64,000 bases of DNA, from contig OY759598.1 of NCBI GenBank assembly GCA_963662435.1, positions 2,016,507-2,080,506 of the forward strand. The letters run 5' to 3'. The notes beneath the pieces were generated by a model. The model worked only from the letters and a program-made list of their open reading frames with translations. It had not been told where the DNA came from and searched no databases. Below are positions 57,567-64,000 of the stretch, piece by piece (position 1 is the first letter of the stretch; each line of letters starts with the position of its first letter). Origin of the DNA: Dehalococcoidia bacterium. Its GTDB lineage: Bacteria > Chloroflexota > Dehalococcoidia > Lucifugimonadales > VXLM01. A program made the position numbers and the translations under genes.

Positions 57567-58640
57567 CTAGACCGGCAGCAGCTTGATACAGACGGGGGCC
57601 GGGACATCGACCTCGTGGCCGGTTGGCTCAGGCATCCCGGTCTCGCTGTTTATGCGGTAGGTGAGAATGTTGCCGGAGTCCTGGTTGGACACCAACATGA
57701 ATGTCCCCGACGGGTCGATTACGAAATTGCGCGGAGTCTCGCCGCCGCTCGACACGAGTCCCACGAATGACAGTCCGCCCGTGCACTGGTCGATACTGAA
57801 GACCGCTATGCTGTCGTGCCCTCGGTTGGAGGCGTACACGTACTCGCCGTCCGGCGACACGTGGATGTCGGCGCAGTGGTTGACTCCGTCGAAGTCGTCC
57901 GGCAGGGTCGTTATCGTCTCGATCTCGTTGAGCATCCCGCGCGAGCTGTCGTAGTGCATCGCGGTGACACTCGAGCCCATCTCGTTGAGGAGATAGGCGT
58001 GCCTGCCGTTGGGATGGAACGCGAAGTGGCGCGGCCCTCCCCCCGGCGGAGTGCGAGTATACGGCGAATCGGCAGGAGTGATGCTCCCATCGTCGTGGTT
58101 GATCCTGTAGGCCAGCACCTTGTCGATGCCGAGATCGGCGGCGAAGGCGAAGGTGTTGGTCGGGTCGATATTGATCGAGTGCCCGTGCGGCCCCTGCTGG
58201 CGCTCGGGATCGATGCTCGAACCCTCGTGCTGGACGAATCCCGTTGCCTTCCCGAGGCTTCCGTCGTCTTGCACGGGGTAGGACGCCACGCTGCCGCTCC
58301 CGTAGTTCGCCAGCAGGACCAGCCTGCTCGCCTGATCGACCTCTACGTGACAGGGCCCGGTCCCCTCCGAGGACTGTTCGTTCAGCAACGTCAGCTCGCC
58401 CGTTGCGGCGTCAATCGAGTAGGCTCGGATGATCCCCGTCGTCATGGCCTCGAAGTCGGCGCAAACCGCGTACAGGTTCTTGCCGGACGGCGCGATGTCC
58501 AGGAACGACGGGTCGTCGATCGCTCCGGTCGTGCCGACGTGCTCTAGCCCACCCGTCGCCATGTCGAAGCGGTAGCAGTAGATGCCCTCCGCCCCCAACG
58601 ACGTGTACGTGCCGATATACGCAAGATACTCATTCGCCAT
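57567..58640 (-). CDS. Lactonase, 6-phosphogluconolactonase (Pgl/YbhE) family
   Basis: YIGTYT, PSFL, PCHV, ANYGSG, RQQGPHGH, DLGID, GPRH.AFHP, SNRGHDSI, PRNF. Confidence 0.92.
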   Translation of the reverse strand: MANEYLAYIGTYTSLGAEGIYCYRFDMATGGLEHVGTTGAIDDPSFLDIAPSGKNLYAVCADFEAMTTGIIRAYSIDAATGELTLLNEQSSEGTGPCHVEVDQASRLVLLANYGSGSVASYPVQDDGSLGKATGFVQHEGSSIDPERQQGPHGHSINIDPTNTFAFAADLGIDKVLAYRINHDDGSITPADSPYTRTPPGGGPRHFAFHPNGRHAYLLNEMGSSVTAMHYDSSRGMLNEIETITTLPDDFDGVNHCADIHVSPDGEYVYASNRGHDSIAVFSIDQCTGGLSFVGLVSSGGETPRNFVIDPSGTFMLVSNQDSGNILTYRINSETGMPEPTGHEVDVPAPVCIKLLPV

Positions 58641-58800
58641 GTCGCAGATCACCTCGACGTTTGTCTCCGCACAATGTGAGGAAATCGCAACGGTTTGTCA
58701 AATCGTGGGGGTGGGGGGTGACCGGTAACTGCGGAGTTGCCCAGTTGGCGCGCATTCTATAAATTTGTCCCACGACAATTGTCTAACTGGAGGAAGTGCG

Positions 58801-59046
58801 GTGACCGACACATTCGAGACTACCTTCGCTGATATCAGAAGCCAGGAGTCAAACTTCAAAGATCGGGATGAGCGTGCGGCTAAAATTGCCGCGGTCTTAC
58901 CGCTGCCGAGGAAAGTCGGATGGAACACCGCAAATCTCTCGGGAGTTTATCCTCAGCTTGGGCTATCAGGTGGTGGAATTGTTGACTACGACCTTCGACT
59001 TGATGGCGATTCATGCCTTGTATCAGACGAAGCGTTGAGCCCATGA
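58801..59046 (+). pseudogene. Truncated type I restriction HsdR N-terminal-like nuclease remnant
   Basis: SD GGAGG plus GTG; E..AK...VLP..R.VGWNT.N...VYP......G.VDY.L; stops where the ExK catalytic motif is expected. Confidence 0.5.
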
Positions 59047-59255
59047 TGAGGAGGGCGGCTGTCGCATTTGGACTAGACAACGAGTCCATTAGGGCATCAG
59101 GCTGGGCAAGATTGTTCCTGAGAGCCTTCAGGATTGTGGTTGCAGTGCTTGCGTCGCTTTGTCTCCTTTACTTGTTGGCTACGGTTTATGCCTTCTTCGG
59201 CCCCTTGCTCTTCGCAGAATCTTACGAACTGTATCAGGTGGTGAGCTCATGGTAA
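59043..59255 (+). CDS. Small membrane protein, copy 1 of a tandem duplication
   Basis: ATGA coupling to the upstream ORF; GLDNESIRASG.ARLFLRAFRIVVA.LA shared with copy 2. Confidence 0.5.
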   Translation: MMRRAAVAFGLDNESIRASGWARLFLRAFRIVVAVLASLCLLYLLATVYAFFGPLLFAESYELYQVVSSW

Positions 59256-59581
59256 GGACGGTGATTGTAGCATTGGGATTAGACAACGAATCCATTAGGG
59301 CATCGGGCTGTGCAAGATTGTTCTTGAGAGCCTTCAGGATCGTTGTTGCAATGCTTGCGTTGCTTTTCTTTCTCTACTTGATAGCTGCGGCTTTCTTGCT
59401 GTTCGGTTACTGGCGTGCGGAAGCTGGGGGACGTGAACTTCCTTTGGAAGAGGAACCAAAGCCTATCTCTCCGTTGACGCCGACTCCTGTATCCATGCCA
59501 CAGGCCCTGCCGCAACCAATGATCAACCACGCGATGTCAGTAAATTCAGTCTATTCTTCGGACCGAACGGCGTTGCACTAG
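59249..59581 (+). CDS. Small membrane protein, copy 2 of a tandem duplication
   Basis: ATG 59249 overlaps the end of copy 1; same N-terminal ~45 aa plus a Pro-rich tail. Confidence 0.5.
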   Translation: MVRTVIVALGLDNESIRASGCARLFLRAFRIVVAMLALLFFLYLIAAAFLLFGYWRAEAGGRELPLEEEPKPISPLTPTPVSMPQALPQPMINHAMSVNSVYSSDRTALH

Positions 59582-60032
59582 GCGGCGACTACAATAGCCC
59601 AAGCGTGGAGGAAGTTTTGATGAAAGGGCTATACGTGGCTGGAGTAACCCCGGTTCATATCGCATTTCGCGGAACAGCGAGTGCGGGTTCTGTACGGTGT
59701 GATTGGCTATATAGCAAGACGTTATGCTGAGGGGCTTGCCGATGGAGTGGAAAGGGCAATTCGACCCTATACGCCTTCACAGGTCCCGCCGCAGCATCTG
59801 CATCTAAGCTCGGGCGGCCAGCTAGCTACTCGAACTAACACCTCTCATGCTCCAACATCCGAAGCCCGCTCACGTCAGTGGCCCTGTCCCGACGAACTGC
59901 TATACGCAAGATTAGAGTGGTCTCCGAACCAACGAAAGTGTAAGTCGAGCACTTAAACTGGGTCAATGGCATTGAGGATTCGAACAGTCGGTAATCAACC
60001 CATGAAAGCGTTGAGAGCCGTGTAACTGAGCC

Positions 60033-60110
60033 TGGTGGCCCGAACGGCATCCGAACCCGCGACCTCAGATTTCGTAGAAGACGCGCTCCCTCCACCCAAC
60101 CACCGCGACC
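60033..60110 (-). pseudogene. Degenerate tRNA-like sequence
   Basis: GGTCGCGGTGGTTGGGTGGAGGGAGCGCGTCTTCTACGAAATCTGAGGTCGCGGGTTCGGATGCCGTTCGGGCCACCA: tRNA length, AGGTC variable loop, GGTTCG T-arm, ACCA end, but broken stems. Confidence 0.65.
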
Positions 60111-60222
60111 GTGTGCCCCTCGGAACCCATGAACCGACCACCTCGCTTTTGTTGACCCTTCTTCGCGGCAATACCTATAATGCTTTGAACTCCACACTCC
60201 CCTACGGACGCATCCCCCTGCC

Positions 60223-61275
60223 ATGCAGCCACAGACCGATGTGGTCGAACGGACTACCGACGAGGCCCTTGAGCGGCTGAAGGCCGTTTCCGATCTGGAC
60301 GGTCTCGAAGAGTGGCGCGTGTCCACTCTGGGCCGGAACGGGGCATTGACGCAGATACTCCGCAGTCTCGGTTCCGTCCCGAAGGAGGAGCGCCCGCGGC
60401 TGGGCGCGGCGGCCAATGAGGCCAAGACCGTCCTCGAAGGGCATCTCGCAGAGCGTGAGCAGGAACTGAAGACGGCCCATTTGGCCAATATCGTCGAGCG
60501 GGAGAGCATCGACGTTACGCTTCCCGGGCGGCCCGTTCCGCAGGGACGTCTCCACCCAACAACACGGATGCTAAGGGAGGTCACCAGCGTGTTCGCCTCG
60601 ATGGGGTTCCAGGTCGAGGAGGGGCCGGAGATCGAGCTCGACCACTACAACTTCGACCTGCTCAACATCCCGAAGGACCATCCGGCCCGGGATATGTGGG
60701 ACACCCTGTGGATCGACCAGGTGGACGAGCACGGCAACCGCCCTATTCTCCTCCGCACGCACACGTCGCCGATGCAGGCGCGGATCATGGAGAACACCAG
60801 CCCTCCCGTGCGCGTCGTCGTGCCGGGCAAGTGCTACCGGTACGAGGCAACGGACGCGACCCACGAGTGGCACTTCCACCAGCTCGAGGGCCTCGCGGTG
60901 GACAAGGGGGTCACCTTCGCCGATCTGAAGGGAACGCTGTACGAATTCGCCCGGCGGATCTTCGGCGAGGACCGGCAGATACGCTTCCGGTGCGACTTCT
61001 TCCCGTTCGTCGAGCCGGGCGTGGATATGTCGATATCGAACTTCAGGGACCCCAAGACCGGCAAGCGTCCCATCAACAGAGACGAGGACTGGATCGAGAT
61101 ACTGGGCGCAGGGATGGTGCATCCCAGCGTGTTGGAGGGAGTCGGATACGACCCTTCCGTCTACACGGGGTTCGCGTTCGGAATGGGAGTCGAGCGCATA
61201 GCGATGCTCAAGTACGGCATCGACGACATCCGCCTGTTCTACTCCAACGACATCCGATTCCTGCAGCAGGTGTAG
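60223..61275 (+). CDS. pheS: Phenylalanine--tRNA ligase alpha subunit
   Basis: DVTLPG, LHP, NFD.LN...HPARDM.DT, RTHTSP.Q, FHQ.EG, FPFVEP, EILGAGMVHP, GFAFGMG.ER. Confidence 0.98.
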   Translation: MQPQTDVVERTTDEALERLKAVSDLDGLEEWRVSTLGRNGALTQILRSLGSVPKEERPRLGAAANEAKTVLEGHLAEREQELKTAHLANIVERESIDVTLPGRPVPQGRLHPTTRMLREVTSVFASMGFQVEEGPEIELDHYNFDLLNIPKDHPARDMWDTLWIDQVDEHGNRPILLRTHTSPMQARIMENTSPPVRVVVPGKCYRYEATDATHEWHFHQLEGLAVDKGVTFADLKGTLYEFARRIFGEDRQIRFRCDFFPFVEPGVDMSISNFRDPKTGKRPINRDEDWIEILGAGMVHPSVLEGVGYDPSVYTGFAFGMGVERIAMLKYGIDDIRLFYSNDIRFLQQV

Positions 61276-61299
61276 CTACCCCGTGTTCCGAGGTCCCAG

Positions 61300-63729
61300 A
61301 TGCTGATACCCATATCCTGGCTTAAGCGCTACGTTCCCGTCGATATACCGGCGCAGGAGCTGGCGCATAAGCTGACCATGGCAGGGCTGGAGATCGAGGA
61401 AGTACGGGAGGTAGGCGCCGACTGGGGACGCGACAAGGTATTCGTCGGCCACGTCATTGCTCTGGAGCAGCACCCGAACGCCGACCGGCTCACGGTGCCG
61501 ACGGTCGACCTCGGCGGCGGCGAGACAGTGCAGGTCGTGTGCGGGGGTCCGAATCTCGCGGCGGGCCAGAAGATCGCCTTTGCGTTCGCGGGAGCGATGC
61601 TCTACAGCACCAAGACTGGGAAGACGCAGGCGCTGAAGAAATCAAAGATTCGTGGCGTCGAGTCGGCAGGCATGGTCTGTTCGGAGGTCGAACTGGGTCT
61701 CGGCGACGACCATGCCGGCATTCTGGTGCTCCCGGAGGACGCGCCCGTCGGAACGCCGTTGGTGGACTACCTCGGCGACGCCGTCCTGGACGCCGACGTG
61801 ACCCCGAACCGGCCCGACTGTCTCTCGATCCTAGGCGTGGCGCACGAGGTCGCTGCCCTGACGGGCGGCACCGTCACCGAACCCGCCGCGACGTACCCGG
61901 AAGAGGGCGATCCGATAGAGGAGTTTGCAAGTGTCGAGATTGCAGATCCCGATCTCTGTTCTCGATACGGCGCCAGCCTGATTCGCGGTGTGACGGTCGG
62001 GCCATCACCGGCATGGCTGCAGGAGGCTCTCACCAGCGTGGGGGTGCGCCCGATCAACAACATCGTCGACGTGACGAACTTCGTGATGATGGAGTACGGT
62101 CAGCCGCTGCACGCCTTTGATTTCGACACGATTGGTGACTCGACCGTCATCGTGAGGGCGGCAAGGCCCGGTGAGAAGTTCACCACGCTGGACGAAGAGG
62201 ACCGTACTCTCGAACCTCCTATGCTGACTATCGCCGACTCGCAAGACGCGATAGCGCTGGCAGGCGTCATGGGCGGGCAGAACACCGAGGTCGGCGACTC
62301 GACCACCAACGTCCTGATCGAGTCGGCGAACTTCGATGCGACTAACACGCGGAACACTGCCACGGGTCTGGGCATGAGGACCGAGGCGTCTTACCGGTTC
62401 GAACGAGGCATCCGGCAGGACCTCGTGCCACGGGCGCTGCGACGGGCTACGGCGTTAATGCTCGAACTCGCGGGCGGCGTCGCGGCGAAGGGAATCATCG
62501 ACGTATTTCCCGTGGTCAAGACGCCCCCTACCCTGACCATTGGGCCGGAACAGTTCAGGCGGGTCTTGGGCACCGACATTTCCCTCGATACGATACAGCG
62601 AGTCTTGAACTCGCTGGGTTTCGAGACGGCGCGAGACGGAAATTCGCTAGAGGTCCAGTGCCCGTACTGGAGGGCGGATATCACCATAGCGGAGGACCTG
62701 GTAGAAGAGGTCGCGCGAATCGTTGGATACGACGACGTGCCAGCGACTTTGATGTCGACCGAGATACCGCACCACCAGCCAAATGCCGAACAAGTGGTGA
62801 GAGAGCGTGTCCGGGACGCGCTGGTGTCGGCGGGAATGCAAGAGACGATCTCCTATTCGGCCACCAGCCTTGATGCACTCAAAAGCGTCGAGATACGAAC
62901 GGAGGAACCGGAAGCTCCGCTGAAGCTGTCGAATCCGATGAGCAGCGATCTCTCGCATATGCGGACGACGCTTCGCGCAGGAGTACTGCAGACGCTCTCA
63001 TTCAACCGAAGAATGTCACGGGGAGAGGGACTGCGCCTCTTCGAAATCGGGGCTGTTTACCTCCCAAAGGAGGAGGCGAAGGTGCGCGACCTGCCGGACG
63101 AGAAGGAAATGCTCGTGGGCGTTCTTTCCGGTCCGCGTTCGGAGGCTTCCTGGCTCGTGCCGGAGGGGGACATGGACTTCTTCGATGCGAAGGGAGTCCT
63201 TGAGGCGGTCTTCGAGGAAATCGGAGTTTCAGCAGGATACGAAGCGGATACCGACCTAATACTCCTTCCCGGCAAGACGGCGCAAGTATTGTGTGGGAAC
63301 AAGCCCGTAGGCACTATTGGAGAGGTGCACCCCAGAGTCCTCGCGCGCTTCGACCTCGACGATGAGAGTGTGGCGCTGTTCGAGATCGACCTGGAGGCTG
63401 TGTACGCCGCTGCCGGCAGGGTAAGCGTCCAATACGCGCCGATAAGCCGGTACCCTGAAGCCGAACAGGACATCGCCCTTGTCGTGGATGCGGACGTGGC
63501 CGCCTCACGAATTCAGATGATCATCAACCGCCACCGCCTCGTGAAGAAGAGCGCACCCTTCGACCTGTATACCGGAGAGGGAGTCCCGCCGGGCAAGCGG
63601 TCCATTGCGTTCCGCGTGACCTTCCAGTCCGACAGGTCGACGTTGACCGGCGATCTGGTGGACAAGGCGCGAGGCGACATCATGAGACAGCTCCAGCGTG
63701 AGTTCGACGCCACGTTGCGTGGCGAGTGA
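61300..63729 (+). CDS. pheT: Phenylalanine--tRNA ligase beta subunit
   Basis: HPNADRL, IRGVES.GM.CS, TPNRPD.LS, INNIVDVTN, GQPLHAFD, RFERG, DL.EEVARI.GY. Confidence 0.98.
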   Translation: MLIPISWLKRYVPVDIPAQELAHKLTMAGLEIEEVREVGADWGRDKVFVGHVIALEQHPNADRLTVPTVDLGGGETVQVVCGGPNLAAGQKIAFAFAGAMLYSTKTGKTQALKKSKIRGVESAGMVCSEVELGLGDDHAGILVLPEDAPVGTPLVDYLGDAVLDADVTPNRPDCLSILGVAHEVAALTGGTVTEPAATYPEEGDPIEEFASVEIADPDLCSRYGASLIRGVTVGPSPAWLQEALTSVGVRPINNIVDVTNFVMMEYGQPLHAFDFDTIGDSTVIVRAARPGEKFTTLDEEDRTLEPPMLTIADSQDAIALAGVMGGQNTEVGDSTTNVLIESANFDATNTRNTATGLGMRTEASYRFERGIRQDLVPRALRRATALMLELAGGVAAKGIIDVFPVVKTPPTLTIGPEQFRRVLGTDISLDTIQRVLNSLGFETARDGNSLEVQCPYWRADITIAEDLVEEVARIVGYDDVPATLMSTEIPHHQPNAEQVVRERVRDALVSAGMQETISYSATSLDALKSVEIRTEEPEAPLKLSNPMSSDLSHMRTTLRAGVLQTLSFNRRMSRGEGLRLFEIGAVYLPKEEAKVRDLPDEKEMLVGVLSGPRSEASWLVPEGDMDFFDAKGVLEAVFEEIGVSAGYEADTDLILLPGKTAQVLCGNKPVGTIGEVHPRVLARFDLDDESVALFEIDLEAVYAAAGRVSVQYAPISRYPEAEQDIALVVDADVAASRIQMIINRHRLVKKSAPFDLYTGEGVPPGKRSIAFRVTFQSDRSTLTGDLVDKARGDIMRQLQREFDATLRGE

Positions 63730-63770
63730 CTAGCGCACCGTCAGGAATTGAGAGCATGCCCAAGAGTGAC

Positions 63771-63838
63771 CCATTCACCCTGTGCCTGTCGAAGGGTCGA
63801 TTCGCCGTTCATGGTTCGATGAGCTCACTACGAACGGG
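63771..63838. repeat. REP-like stem-loop unit (same family as 52182)
   Basis: CCATTCACCCTGTGCCTGTCGAAGGGT...ATGGTTCGATGAGCTCACTACGAACGG. Confidence 0.8.
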
Positions 63839-63891
63839 CCGGGTCGCCCATAGGACACACATTAGGAAAGTGTCTGCAAGGAGATTGACAG

Positions 63892-64000
63892 GTGCGTAAG
63901 CATCGGGAACACCTTCACGGACATCGACACGCGGACATGATCTCCGTAGAGGATGCGCGGGAGCGCATTCTCGGCTTCTTCTCGCAGCTTGATACGGAAG
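63892..64000 (+). CDS. moeA: Probable molybdopterin molybdotransferase N-terminus (partial; alternative start ATG 63937)
   Basis: MISVEDARERILGFFSQLDTE resembles the MoeA start; only ~21-36 codons visible. Confidence 0.55.
   Translation, partial: MRKHREHLHGHRHADMISVEDARERILGFFSQLDTE

Noticed and set aside
7167..63713. Many long antisense or alternate-frame ORFs over core genes
   Set aside because: Expected shadows in high-GC coding DNA; no motifs of their own
1007..64000. Selenocysteine (TGA) readthrough ORFs given selA
   Set aside because: TGA-ending genes inspected end at expected family lengths; no Cys-equivalent in-frame TGA found by eye

Overview
A GC-rich (~60% by eye) bacterial chromosomal segment. 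The gene set and protein styles (short EF-Ts, ThrS without TGS domain, TPTP-rich lipoproteins, F420/PPOX, Ldh_2, enolase-superfamily, GHL10-like and NHL paralogs) suggest Chloroflexota, probably Dehalococcoidia/SAR202-like; this is inference. Core genes are selA (partial), tdh, cdsA-dxr-rseP-ispG-proS, rpsB-tsf-pyrH-frr-uppS, folE, tmk, pdxST, mgtE, thrS, pheST, the start of moeA and tRNA-Val(GAC). These are interspersed with catabolic paralogs, several palindromic REP-like repeat families and single lower-GC defence-like genes. Most notable: (1) the conserved uppS-cdsA junction is broken by an apparent ~12.7 kb inversion with a 7-bp inverted microhomology at both ends; (2) a sigma70 promoter with a LexA-like box plus triple 10-bp repeats precedes an HTH gene, and a gene-less copy of the same cassette points at tmk; (3) an mshA/mshD-like cluster lies outside Actinobacteria; (4) a solute-binding protein is fused to a cyclophilin; (5) a structured leader or small RNA precedes thrS; (6) a decayed tRNA borders an eroded islet. 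No CRISPR array, rRNA, integrase or transposase was seen. All family calls come from motif recognition by eye, not from database searches.
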